Assembly: GCA_050951325.1 (NCBI GenBank)
Contig: JBMNIW010000012.1
Location: 704,001-768,000 of the forward strand
From: Clostridia bacterium
GTDB taxonomy: Bacteria > Bacillota > Clostridia > UBA1212 > DUPL01
Direction of reading: 5' to 3'
Length of the DNA stretch: 64,000 nucleotides
Shown: piece after piece, positions 20,378 to 30,535 of the stretch
How the letters are laid out: each line of letters starts with the position of its first letter
How positions within the stretch are numbered: position 1 is the first letter of the stretch
Position numbers and translations under genes: made by a program
The notes under the pieces: model-generated
Databases searched by the model: none
Told to the model about the DNA's origin: nothing
The model's input: only the letters and a program-made list of their open reading frames with translations

Positions 20378-22981
20378 ATGGTAAGGAGAATTCATGATTG
20401 TTTGAATGCAAAAGAGGATAGAAGCTACATCTTTCCTTTTTTGTGGCTGCATGGTGAAGAACACGACAGATTGGTTGAGGAAATTGATGCTGTTTACAAA
20501 AGCGGAATAAGGGAAATATGTTTTGAAAGCCGCCCCTATGCAGATTTTTGCGGAGACAAATGGTGGGAGGATTTTGCTTTTATGCTTGAGCAAGCCAGGC
20601 ATAGGGACATGAGGGTTTGGCTCCTTGATGACAAACACTTTCCCTCAGGTTATGCAAATGGCGCAATTGAAAAGAAATATCCTCATTTGAGAAGGAAGTG
20701 CGTCCGCATAGAGTGTTTGGATGTGGCGGGTCCTGTAATCGGTTCTGCATTTATTGCTGACAGATATGATAAGAATACAGAGGAACTAATATCAGTATCT
20801 GCTTATAGGAGAACAGGCAAAGATGAGGAAGTGGACGGAAGTACCGGAGTTCTGCTTACTAACAATGTGCAAAACGGGCTTGTCTACTGGGATGTCCCGG
20901 AAGGTGTCTGGAGGGTTTTCTTTGTAATTAAAACCCAGAGAGGGCCTGCGCATTTCAAAAATTACATAGACATGTGCGATGAAGAGTCCTGCAAGGTTAT
21001 GATAAAGGAGATTTATGAGCCTCATTATGAGCGTTTTGGCAAATATTTTGGGAATACCTTCAGGGGCTTCTTTTCTGATGAACCATGTTTTGCAAATAAT
21101 ATAGGTTCATATTACGATACCCTTGGAATACCAAGTCTGATACTTCCCTGGCGAAATGACATGATCGAAATGCTGGCGGAGAGGGCAAACCTCTCTGCAG
21201 ACGAAGCAGAGCTTCTGTTGCCTTGCTTGTGGTATACGGTTGCTGGAAAGACTTCACAATTAAGATATGCATACATGGAGACAGTTTCCCATCTTTACAG
21301 GGATAACTTCAGTAGAATGGTTGGTAACTGGTGCAGGGAAAGAGGCGTTTTGTACATAGGTCATGTCATAGAAGACATGAACACCCACATGAGACTTGGA
21401 TACGGTGCAGGACATTTTTTCAGAGCCCAGGATGGACAGGACATGAGTGGCATCGATGTGGTTCTTCATCAGATATTGCCTGGAATAACTGACATGCTTA
21501 ATAAAAGCAGCTCTTCAAGAGGTGTCGCCGACCCTGAATTCTTTATCAACACTTTGCCAAAGCTGGGAGCTTCATGTGCGCATCTGGATCCAAAGAAAAA
21601 GAACAGAGCCATGGTGGAGCTTTACGGCGCATACGGGTTTGCTGAAGGGCTGCCGGTGATGAAGTATCTTACTGATTTGATGCTTGCAGGTGGCATCAAT
21701 CATTTTGTACCCCATGCTTTTACCGCAAAGGACAATGACCCTGACTGCCCTCCGCATTTTTACGCCAATGGAAGAAATCCTCAGTTTCCATTGTTCAGAC
21801 TGCTTATGGAGTATTTGCAAAGGGCAAGTCATGTTCTTTACGGAGGTGTGCATGTTGCAAACGCTGCAGTATTCTATAATGCTGAAGGAGAATGGTGTGG
21901 CGGAAAGTACAGACTGTTCCAGGACGTGGCAACGAATCTTGCAAAAGAGCAGATTGATTTTGATATAGTGTCTATTGATGCTTTGGTGAATGCTACTGTA
22001 AAGGATAAAAAATTGATTGTTAATGAAGAGAAGTTTGATGCACTTGTCATTTCCTACAGTGAAGTGCTCCCTAAGAGACTCCTTGATATTTGCGCTTCTT
22101 TTTCCAGTGAAGGCCTTAGCGTAGTATTCACGGAAGACTATCCAGACAGGACGGAAAAGAACTTTGAAAGTGAGGAAGAGTTAAATGCAATTCGTGAACA
22201 CACCAGAAAACTTGTTGAAAATTGCATAGTTGTTCCTACAGACAAGGTTGCTGCTTTCTTTAGGGAAAAAGGATTTGTCGATGTGGAACTAAAGGATACG
22301 AATCCATTTACAAGGGTATTACACTTGTCTGAAGATGATGGTGATGCCTACTTCTTTTTCAACTTGTCCATGGAAAAAGATGTGGATACAAAGGTATTCT
22401 TTAAGAATAACAGGTTTGAGAACTTCTATGAATACGATATTTGGAACAATAAGGTATATAAATGTCAGGTTGACAAGGATGGCATAAGGCTTGTATTGCC
22501 AAAAGGGCATGCGACTTTATTGTTTGCATGCAGTGACGAGTTTGAGAATGCACCAACCAAACAATATGACTTTGATTTCAAGAAATTAAATATCACTTTT
22601 GATGTTTATTTAATAGAACACAACAGTAAAACGTATTACGGCAAGATGGAATCAGATGCACTTAAAAATCTGGCATTTGAAAAGAGTGGGTTTTGTGGTG
22701 TGATTCGTTATGAAGGTAAAATTGAAACTGATGCTAAAGTTAAGTTTCTTAATCTGGGTATTGTTGGGGAAATAGCACAGTTGTATGTAAACGACACGTT
22801 CTGTGGGACATGTATATCACACCCATATATTTTCGATGTGTCAAACACGTGGGAAACAGGTGAGAATTCTATTGTTATTGAGGTTACAACCAATCCCGGC
22901 TATATGATAAGGGATAACTTTTCAAGGATGCTTCCCCTGCCACCGATGGGTTTGCTAGGGCCGGTAGAGATTTCTAGATAG
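20378..22981 (+). CDS. GH106-like glycoside hydrolase (alpha-L-rhamnosidase-like) with C-terminal beta sandwich
   Basis: PFLWLHGE, ESRP, WLLDDKHFPSG, FFSDEP, SGIDVV, ELYGAYG and GLLGPV motifs. Confidence 0.72.
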   Translation: MVRRIHDCLNAKEDRSYIFPFLWLHGEEHDRLVEEIDAVYKSGIREICFESRPYADFCGDKWWEDFAFMLEQARHRDMRVWLLDDKHFPSGYANGAIEKKYPHLRRKCVRIECLDVAGPVIGSAFIADRYDKNTEELISVSAYRRTGKDEEVDGSTGVLLTNNVQNGLVYWDVPEGVWRVFFVIKTQRGPAHFKNYIDMCDEESCKVMIKEIYEPHYERFGKYFGNTFRGFFSDEPCFANNIGSYYDTLGIPSLILPWRNDMIEMLAERANLSADEAELLLPCLWYTVAGKTSQLRYAYMETVSHLYRDNFSRMVGNWCRERGVLYIGHVIEDMNTHMRLGYGAGHFFRAQDGQDMSGIDVVLHQILPGITDMLNKSSSSRGVADPEFFINTLPKLGASCAHLDPKKKNRAMVELYGAYGFAEGLPVMKYLTDLMLAGGINHFVPHAFTAKDNDPDCPPHFYANGRNPQFPLFRLLMEYLQRASHVLYGGVHVANAAVFYNAEGEWCGGKYRLFQDVATNLAKEQIDFDIVSIDALVNATVKDKKLIVNEEKFDALVISYSEVLPKRLLDICASFSSEGLSVVFTEDYPDRTEKNFESEEELNAIREHTRKLVENCIVVPTDKVAAFFREKGFVDVELKDTNPFTRVLHLSEDDGDAYFFFNLSMEKDVDTKVFFKNNRFENFYEYDIWNNKVYKCQVDKDGIRLVLPKGHATLLFACSDEFENAPTKQYDFDFKKLNITFDVYLIEHNSKTYYGKMESDALKNLAFEKSGFCGVIRYEGKIETDAKVKFLNLGIVGEIAQLYVNDTFCGTCISHPYIFDVSNTWETGENSIVIEVTTNPGYMIRDNFSRMLPLPPMGLLGPVEISR

Positions 22982-22989
22982 TGTATATG

Positions 22990-23037
22990 CACAAATAAAG
23001 TCCTTTCGGATTGATTTTCTGAGAGGACTTTTTGTGC
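22990..23037 (+). terminator. Intrinsic terminator
   Basis: AAAGTCCTTTCGGA...TCTGAGAGGACTTTTT. Confidence 0.7.
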
Positions 23038-23045
23038 AGTGTTAA

Positions 23046-23088
23046 GAGCGAATTTATTATATATAAATAAATATTTGAGCGAATTTAT
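23046..23088 (+). promoter_or_regulatory. Direct-repeat operator candidate
   Basis: GAGCGAATTTAT at 23046-23057 and 23077-23088, upstream of the 23172 gene. Confidence 0.5.
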
Positions 23089-23171
23089 GTTGTTCGTTTA
23101 TTGAATGTGGAAATATAATAGAATTATGTATGTATAGCGAAACTTCGAAATATTGTTATGAGGTGATCGAT

Positions 23172-25349
23172 ATGAGAAGAGCAATCCTGCTGAGTCTTTT
23201 GTTTTACCTTGGTGACGCTTGTACCTTCAAATGTCTTTGTGGCAGCCAACAACCGGTATTTTTCGGAGGACTTTGAAGGCAGCGAAGTGGATTTGTCAGA
23301 GAACTGGTTGGAGAGAAGTGCTTATGGCACTTCCGAAGGTGATTGGGACGATCGTATTGTTACCGATCCTGCAGACAGCGGCAACAAAGTATACAGGATG
23401 TTGTGGAGCAGAAATAGTCCTCAATTGCTGAAATGGAACAAACCACTTACATCCTACCATTTATCGGCGGATGTAAAGGGCGGTGGTAGTTATCCAAAAT
23501 TTGAAGGACAACGTGCACATCCCGCATCCATATATTTGCGAACAACTCTACATAATCTGGGTAGACCTGAGTATCAGAGCGAGTCGCCAGACTTAGAATC
23601 AAGAGTTGGTCAGTTTGGGATTGTTATTACGTTAAGGGATTCATGGATTTCTGTTGATATAAAGAAATCTGATAACGCACATTATGATCTTAACAACAAC
23701 CCAGGAACAGGAAATTGGATTTATTTTAAAAATATTGGTAATAACTGCAACGCTAATTTTACAAATATCAGTGTTACCGATGATGGGCATCTTGTTAAAA
23801 TATATTGGAATCACTCACTTCTTTTGGCCATAGAACTCTATGACAAGGAATTGGTTGAATACGAAGGTAAAGGTAGCGGCTGGTTCTATACAAGAGCTGT
23901 AGTAAGAAATGGCTCCGGTTCAGTAATATCAACTGTAACCGATACGAGAATAGCTGCCAATTATGATGCTACGGTTGCGTTTGCTGCAAGAGGCACAGAA
24001 TTGTATATAGACAACCTATCCCTGAGTGAAAATTTCAGATATCCTGAGTATACGGAAGATTTTTCTGATCTGACATACGAATATTTATGGAACGACTGGA
24101 CTGAGAAATGTGCACATGGCAACTCTTTATCTGAGCTTGATCTCAGGATAGTGGAGGACCCACGGGATAGCTCAAACATGGTGTACAAACTTCATTTCTA
24201 TACCTTGGGTTCCAGTTTGTTAAAATGGAAACACAGATTGAACAAGTATGAGTTTTCAGCAGACCTAAAGGGTGGTGGCTACTATCCTGATTTCCAAGGT
24301 ACGAGGCATAATCCTGCATCAGTGTATTTAAGAACAACACATGCCAATCTCTGGGTTCCTGAGTATGAGAGGTATGGTGATGAAAATGTTGTAGGTTATG
24401 CTGGTGTGGTGTTCACGATACGCGATTCTTACGTATCAATAGATATAAAGAACTCACAAAACTCATATTCTAACGAGGGTGAAAGCCGAAACTGGTTTTA
24501 CTTTACAGGCAAAGGAAATAACTGCAATACTAACTTTACAAATCTTCATGTAACCGACGATGGTAATGTAATGAACATATACTGGAACAATGAATTATTG
24601 CTGTCCATCGAAATGTCTGACATAGAGTATATTACATATGAAGGAAAAGGGAGTGCGATTTTTATACCAAGGCAGTTGTCAGAAACAGTTCTGGTACGGT
24701 ACTCAGTACAATAAATGATGCACGTATTGCTGCAAAAGAGGATGCTACCATTGCATTCGCCGTGCGTGGCACGCAGATGTATGTAGACAATGTTTACTTG
24801 GATACGAATTATGAAACTTCAGCAGGTGCTTCTGAAAATGCTGCTGTTTATTCCGGTTCTCAAATTAGGACAGCCTTGGTTCCGTATAGGGATAAGGAGG
24901 GCAATATTGATTTAGATGATATGAGGCAGGGTCTTAGATTCTGTTTTGATATATTGGAAATTGATACTGTCTTTGAACATGATGGCAAAAGCTATACTGT
25001 AAAAAACACAGGTGCATTGGTCGCATTAAAAGACAAGCTGGAAGATGAAAATTTAATGAAAGTTTCAAATGCTGGCAGAGTGCCTGGTTTACTCATTCAG
25101 GATTATCTTATAGATGTTGTTATAGATGACGATGAGTATAAATCGGCATACATCTACAATATTCCTGAAGCAAACAAGGACACTTTGATATGTGCAAGAG
25201 CTTATCTTGAGTGTGTATCCGAAAGTGGCGATATAGTGTATTTCTATACTCCTGTTCAGGAAAGATCATTGACAATGGTTTATGAAAGAATTGTCACTGA
25301 AGGGGATATTGATACTTTGGACGAGGCTGTAAAAGCATGGTGGAGATAA
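23172..25349 (+). CDS. Secreted protein (about 725 aa) with two tandem beta-sandwich repeats and a distinct C-terminal domain; two apparent frameshifts (about 23203 and 24655)
   Basis: GAGGTG RBS, ATG 23172 and a signal peptide that rejoins ORF 23209; repeat 2 continues across the frameshift as FYTKAVVRN..IAFAVRGTQMYVDN, matching repeat 1 FYTRAVVRN..VAFAARGTELYIDN. Confidence 0.75.
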
Positions 25350-25362
25350 GGAGGTTTTCAAT

Positions 25363-25470
25363 ATGATAAGCGTGTATGTGGAACCTGAACTGGAAATCAT
25401 ATATTTTGAAACGGTAGAAAATATTACTTTGAGTGAATATATTGGTATTGATTTTGAGGATTTGATTTAA
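25363..25470 (+). CDS. Unannotated 35-aa acidic peptide MISVYVEPELEIIYFETVENITLSEYIGIDFEDLI
   Basis: AAGGAGG RBS (25348-25354) overlaps the upstream stop, 8-nt spacer, YxxPxL motif; below the ORF-track length cutoff. Confidence 0.75.
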   Translation: MISVYVEPELEIIYFETVENITLSEYIGIDFEDLI

Positions 25471-25577
25471 GAATATAATTGTTATAGACGTTGGCAATTT
25501 ATTGGAACAATAGCATGCTTTTGCAAATTGTTGTATTTCCGACTTTTGTAAAACGTTTTATTCTGTATTTATCATTA

Positions 25578-25607
25578 TTCTTCTGCTCGTTAAATCGGGC
25601 AGAAGAA
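25578..25607. terminator. Hairpin, possible terminator
   Basis: TTCTTCTGCTCG...CGGGCAGAAGAA. Confidence 0.5.
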
Positions 25608-25619
25608 ATTCAATATGAG

Positions 25620-25868
25620 ACGTATACGGGAAGATTTTGAGAGTGGAGAATATACTTTTGGAGATACTGGATGGAAGTAAATGATTTTGAAACTCTTAAG
25701 GTTGCAGAGTACAGCGAGAGTATTTACTTTTATGTAAAAACAGTGGATAATATTGTAGTGGGTAATAAGTGGACAAGAGTGGGTTTGTTGGATTGCAAAA
25801 TCGAAGACAATGAGTTGATGGTAAAAATACCAATTAAAATGGTGATTCAGCGCCATATGGTAGGTTGA
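25620..25868 (+). pseudogene. Degenerate fragment of the C-terminal domain of the GH71/99-like family
   Basis: NDFETLKVAEYSESIYFYVKT resembles NDIDYAKVSQDDEYIYFLVTT (15657 gene) and KVAKDKYNIYFYVKT (46122 ORF). Confidence 0.55.
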
Positions 25869-25901
25869 ATTATATATTCAAACAATAAAAGGAGTGAAAA
25901 A

Positions 25902-26903
25902 ATGACACCGCAGGAATTGCATATGGCTATTGCCAGGGATAGGGTTTATCCCTTATCCTTTAATGAATTAAATGATTTTAATACCCAGAAGGAGAAAATC
26001 AAAAAAACACTTTATGGTCTTTTAGGGATGCCCCAAAAAACTACCAATCCTAAGCCAGTTATTGAATTTGAGAAGACTGATCATGAAGATTATGATGAAA
26101 TTAGATTTCATGTTGAGAGCGAACCTGGCTTCTTTGTGCCAGCTCATCTGATTCTTCCTAAAGAAAGGGGCGTAAAACTTCCAACAGTAATATGTTTGCA
26201 AGGACATTCTTCAGGAATGCACAGATCTTTGGGAAGGGTAAAATACACGAATGATGTAGAGGGCGATGTTGGCGACAGGGCATTTGCTCTGCAGGCGGTA
26301 AGACGTGGTTATGCCTGTGTAATTATGGAACAAAGAGGTTTTGGTGAGTTAAAAGGAATTGAGCAGGATGGTGGAACCAACTGCCTGCATATGTCTCTGC
26401 AGGCAATAATGCTTGGTAGAACTCTTATAGGTGAAAGGTGCTTTGATGTTTCAAGGCTAATAGATGCTCTTGAATATTTCGAGGAGGTTGATCTAAACAG
26501 ACTCGGTATTATGGGCAATTCAGGTGGTGGGACAACGTCGTTTTATGCAGCTTGTGTCGATCCAAGAATCAAGGTGTGCATGCCTTCTTGTGCGTTTTGC
26601 CCGTATTATGATTCAATAATAAGCATTCATCATTGTTCGTGTAACTATATCCCCCAAATGCTTGAGTATATGGAAATGCACGATCTTTCGATTTTGATTG
26701 CTCCAAGGCCATTAATAATTGTTGCTGGTAAGGATGATGAGATTTTTCCTATTGAAGGTGTAAAAAGAGGGTTCGAAACTGTCAAAAAAATATACAAGGC
26801 GGCAGGAGCGGAAGATAATTGTCAGCTTATTATTGGGGATGGGGGACACAGGTTTTATGCGGATGTATCATGGCCTGTTTTCGATAGATATATTATAGAT
26901 TAA
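25902..26903 (+). CDS. Alpha/beta hydrolase (acetylesterase-like)
   Basis: GNSGG nucleophile elbow, later D (GKDD) and H (GGHRF); APRP motif. Confidence 0.85.
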   Translation: MTPQELHMAIARDRVYPLSFNELNDFNTQKEKIKKTLYGLLGMPQKTTNPKPVIEFEKTDHEDYDEIRFHVESEPGFFVPAHLILPKERGVKLPTVICLQGHSSGMHRSLGRVKYTNDVEGDVGDRAFALQAVRRGYACVIMEQRGFGELKGIEQDGGTNCLHMSLQAIMLGRTLIGERCFDVSRLIDALEYFEEVDLNRLGIMGNSGGGTTSFYAACVDPRIKVCMPSCAFCPYYDSIISIHHCSCNYIPQMLEYMEMHDLSILIAPRPLIIVAGKDDEIFPIEGVKRGFETVKKIYKAAGAEDNCQLIIGDGGHRFYADVSWPVFDRYIID

Positions 26904-26927
26904 AATACTTATCGGGGTTTTGTATAT

Positions 26928-29000
26928 ATGAAGAATTCCAATTTTCTTAGAATATATACGGAGATAGTAAATGAAAAATTACCTGAGAATAACTTAGAAT
27001 GTATTCTAAATGCATTGTGGCCTGCCGGAAGGGATTTCGATAACAGCTTGAAGCTGGGAATCTGTATTTCCGGCAGTGGTGTTTTATACAGTGATTATGG
27101 TAGCCAAAATTTCAGAGAAGACAATGCAATGATTATATTTCCAAATCAAAAGTATAAGCTTTATGCATATGAACCTCATACCAAATGGGTATGCATGGAA
27201 ACAGATGTTTACAGGCTTTTTGGAGAATCTTCCTTGATTAATGCTGAGTATGCATACAAGCTTCTGAAGGAAAGCTACGATAATTCAATAATTATAAGCG
27301 GTAGTAAGTACAACCATATTAAGGATATAATAAAAAAGATATTGAGTGCGTCATCTGACAAACTTGAATATAAGATTGATTTTGTTGCGCTTCATATGTG
27401 CGAACTATTTCTGGAGCTAAAAAAATTTACTCCTACAACCAAGCACTCTGTGATAAGCGGTAATTCTAATGTCCCAGATGTTATTAAACCCGCAATTAAA
27501 ACTATTGAAAATCAATACAATAAAGAGATTAAAATTGATGAACTTGCAAGTATATGCTATTTGAGTCCGGCTGGATTCAGACGCAAGTTTAACGAAGCGA
27601 TGGGTGTCTCGCCCAAATCCTATCTTACCAATGTGCGAATTAAAATGGCCCAACTCCTTTTAAAAAGGACGGATTTGACAATATGCGAAATAGCAAGTCG
27701 TGTAGGTTATGCTAATGTGTCACCTTTTGGAAGGAGCTTTAAACTTATTACCGGTTGTTCTCCAAAAGAGTACAGGGATAAGTTTGGTAAACCCAAACTC
27801 AAAGACCCTTACCCGATCATTTATTCAAATTCTTTAGAAAAATTTAGAATAGGTGCATGGTATGCCATAGATGCTAAATACTTGAGTGATGAATTTATAA
27901 GGGATATAGCAAGGGCAGGAATTAACCTCATTTTTGTAGGCTATGACTATTCTTTGGAAAGGGAGTTTATTCTTAAGTATAGTTATTTATATGGTATAGA
28001 ATGCATATTGGTTGATAACAGTCTGTTTAAAGGTGAAAAGCTAAGAATAGATGACTATATGAGTAGTAGTGCTTTTCTCGGTAATATGATTATTGAGTAT
28101 CCAATGTACCATGAGCTTGGGGTTATTGGCAAACGTATAGAAAGTTACAGCAAAAAACTCCATGATAAAATTCCTTTTGTTGTGTTGTATCCAATGTATG
28201 CATCAGGAAAACAAATGGGAATTGATGATTATAGACAATATATAAATACATTTGCGGATAATTGCATTGAAAAGGTATTGTGTGTGAATATTTATCCCTG
28301 TTATATTGGGCATGAGTACAAAAAGCTGACTTACAAAGACTATTTACAAAATCTGAGTATTGTTTCGGAAGCATGCAGGAAAAACAACCTAGACATGTGG
28401 ATAATCATTCAGTCTATTAGTTTTCATGAAAGTGTACGAATACCAGACAAAATAGACCTTAGATGGCAGATGTATTGCTGTTTGTCATTTGGAGCAAAAT
28501 CAATAACACATTTTTGTTACTGCCTGCCTGTTAAAAGACCTGGCAGCATTGATGTTTTTTCAGGTGCAATGATTTCTATAAAAGGGGAAAAAACAGATAC
28601 ATGGTACAATGCAAGGGAAGTAAATTACGAAATACACAGGCTTTCCGACACGTACATGAGTCACAACCATCTGGGTGCCTTTCTGGTTAATGAAGATTCA
28701 GAACTACCATATATGCATTTTGAAAATCAGTATACCGATTTCAAATACATAAGAAAATTAAATTGCGATAAACCGCTACTTGTTGGGTGTTTTGAGAAAG
28801 CGAACGGAAATGGTGTTGCATTTACGTTGGTCAATATGACGGACCTTTGGAAAAACGAAAGTGTTGTTGTTTCGTTTGAAACAGTTCCGTGTAAGAAGCT
28901 TTGCGTTTACAAGAATGGATATGCGAATGAATCGCTTGAGACAACCTATACTGTGGAATTGTCTTGTGGTGAGGGGGTTTTTGTTACATTGGATTTTTAG
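26928..29000 (+). CDS. AraC-family regulator fused to a C-terminal glycoside-hydrolase-like domain
   Basis: Central AraC HTH (FRRKFNEAMGVSP..IASRVGY..FGRSFK..SPKEYR) followed by about 400 aa including LRWQMYCCLSFGAKSITHFCY. Confidence 0.8.
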   Translation: MKNSNFLRIYTEIVNEKLPENNLECILNALWPAGRDFDNSLKLGICISGSGVLYSDYGSQNFREDNAMIIFPNQKYKLYAYEPHTKWVCMETDVYRLFGESSLINAEYAYKLLKESYDNSIIISGSKYNHIKDIIKKILSASSDKLEYKIDFVALHMCELFLELKKFTPTTKHSVISGNSNVPDVIKPAIKTIENQYNKEIKIDELASICYLSPAGFRRKFNEAMGVSPKSYLTNVRIKMAQLLLKRTDLTICEIASRVGYANVSPFGRSFKLITGCSPKEYRDKFGKPKLKDPYPIIYSNSLEKFRIGAWYAIDAKYLSDEFIRDIARAGINLIFVGYDYSLEREFILKYSYLYGIECILVDNSLFKGEKLRIDDYMSSSAFLGNMIIEYPMYHELGVIGKRIESYSKKLHDKIPFVVLYPMYASGKQMGIDDYRQYINTFADNCIEKVLCVNIYPCYIGHEYKKLTYKDYLQNLSIVSEACRKNNLDMWIIIQSISFHESVRIPDKIDLRWQMYCCLSFGAKSITHFCYCLPVKRPGSIDVFSGAMISIKGEKTDTWYNAREVNYEIHRLSDTYMSHNHLGAFLVNEDSELPYMHFENQYTDFKYIRKLNCDKPLLVGCFEKANGNGVAFTLVNMTDLWKNESVVVSFETVPCKKLCVYKNGYANESLETTYTVELSCGEGVFVTLDF

Positions 29001-29104
29001 ATGTAATTATTTATTGTTACAAAATGAAGTATTATGTTGACATACAATTTTTTAGATGTAATTATTTATTGTTACAAAATGAAGTATTATGTTGACATAC
29101 AATT
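28994..29104 (+). repeat. Perfect 55-bp tandem duplication
   Basis: TTTTTAGATGTAATTATTTATTGTTACAAAATGAAGTATTATGTTGACATACAAT twice, period 55. Confidence 0.92.
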
Positions 29105-29148
29105 AAAAAATATATAATACAATTACAATGTATAAAGGGGGTTATATA

Positions 29149-30327
29149 ATGTTTAAAAAGTTTGTAGTAGTTGTATTGGCGTGTGTGCTTGTTTTGTCAT
29201 TGTTCAGCTTCTCGGCAAATGCCAGCGATGCCATGCATGATAAGCCTGTATATTTCTCCAAAGGTGAAGTGAAAAATGCTGAGATTCCTTTTAAAGGCCA
29301 CAACACAACAGCTGTTGTTGCAGGAGATGTGCTCAAATTGGGTTTCACCGGTGTAGCAGACCCTGGTATTGAGATTAAAATGGTTGAAAATGTAGATACC
29401 AATACATACAAAGTTCTTGCATTCAAGGTTATGAAGACATATGACCAGACCATTAAAGGCGAGATCTTTTATAACGAGAAAGGGTTAGCAGCTGTTGGTG
29501 GGAAAAGTGTAAAATTCGACTATACCGAATCCACAGACTGGCAGTGGATATTTATCAACATGGAAGGCAAGGGTAACGTCGGCTACTTGAGATTTGATGT
29601 GTTTGAAGATGCACCTTCCACCGATACTTTGGCATATGTAGCTGGGTTTGGATTCTTCAAAACACAGGCTGATGCAGAGGCTTACGCAAACAGTGAATAT
29701 GGAGAAAACCTGGGTAAAAGAATTGACGATGTAGGCTTCCCGGTTGAAGCTTGGTTTTCCAAGACTGGGGATTTTCATGTAGGAACATGGATTAACCAGC
29801 ATCCTGAGGGTGAACCTGGATACTTCTGGACAAAATTTAATGCAAATTCATCTTTTATGGGAATCAACATCTTCCTCTTTGGTCACGACACTGAGGAATC
29901 ATATGCTACATGGAAACTATTCAAATATGATAAGAACATTGAAAAAACATTACAGAGTGAGCCTGCAGCAACTGGCGATCTGTCATGCATTGGGAACAAC
30001 TGGTATCTTATAAGGTTTAATAAGCAGGAAAAAGGCCAGTATCTGTTCTATCTAGAGTATACTGGTGGAGAATATCTCGTTGTAGGCAACCATGAAGAGC
30101 CTGTCGGTGAAGGTTTGATTGAATACGGAACTAATGCAAACTACTCCGCTGCCGACAAGAGATATATGACTGGCAGTATCTTCTTTGAAGAAAATGAGAG
30201 TGGTATATACTACGTCCCGATTGTGGCTGATGAGCCAGAAACAATACCTTCAACCGGTGATGTTTCGCTGATTGGTTATGCTGCAATGGCATTTATATCC
30301 GTGCTCATTAAAAAGAAGAAATATTAG
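29149..30327 (+). CDS. Secreted two-domain putative glycan-binding protein with a sortase-type signal (IPSTGD)
   Basis: Signal peptide ending ANA; IPSTGD, hydrophobic stretch, KKKK tail; no catalytic motif recognised. Confidence 0.75.
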   Translation: MFKKFVVVVLACVLVLSLFSFSANASDAMHDKPVYFSKGEVKNAEIPFKGHNTTAVVAGDVLKLGFTGVADPGIEIKMVENVDTNTYKVLAFKVMKTYDQTIKGEIFYNEKGLAAVGGKSVKFDYTESTDWQWIFINMEGKGNVGYLRFDVFEDAPSTDTLAYVAGFGFFKTQADAEAYANSEYGENLGKRIDDVGFPVEAWFSKTGDFHVGTWINQHPEGEPGYFWTKFNANSSFMGINIFLFGHDTEESYATWKLFKYDKNIEKTLQSEPAATGDLSCIGNNWYLIRFNKQEKGQYLFYLEYTGGEYLVVGNHEEPVGEGLIEYGTNANYSAADKRYMTGSIFFEENESGIYYVPIVADEPETIPSTGDVSLIGYAAMAFISVLIKKKKY

Positions 30328-30330
30328 TAT

Positions 30331-30358
30331 AAAATAGGCTGCAAAGGCAGCCTATTTT
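30331..30358 (+). terminator. Intrinsic terminator
   Basis: AAAATAGGCTGC-AAAG-GCAGCCTATTTT. Confidence 0.85.
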
Positions 30359-30361
30359 GGT

Positions 30362-30535
30362 TTGCGGGGCATGCTGGCTAGCCGATGGTTTGAAAGAAAA
30401 CCTATCACCTAGCTAATGGGAAGATAAGCTGTAGGTTCTGCACCAAAACGGAAGCCATAGGCAGAATCAGGGTGCAGTATGCGGACGAAGTCGTAGTAGT
30501 GATTAAACCTATATCTGTGAAAGTCGGTAACAGAC
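30362..30535 (+). mobile_element. Possible group II intron RNA relic (no RT ORF)
   Basis: Starts TTGCG..GCATG just after a terminator; GCGGACGAAGTCGTAGTAGTGA..GTGAAAGTCGGTAACAG resembles domain II/III junction sequence; nested helices. Confidence 0.4.

Noticed and set aside
19775-25470. Complete lasso-peptide gene cluster
   Set aside because: No lasso cyclase, B protease or PqqD/RRE gene; the nucleotidyltransferase is truncated and the putative core is very short
25549-25560. TAAAACGTTTTA palindrome as a LacI/cre operator
   Set aside because: Single AT-rich instance, not tied to a clear promoter, and no LacI gene in the window
28994-29104. Tandem repeat as a CRISPR mini-array
   Set aside because: Only two abutting copies, no spacers and no cas genes; no CRISPR array seen anywhere in the window
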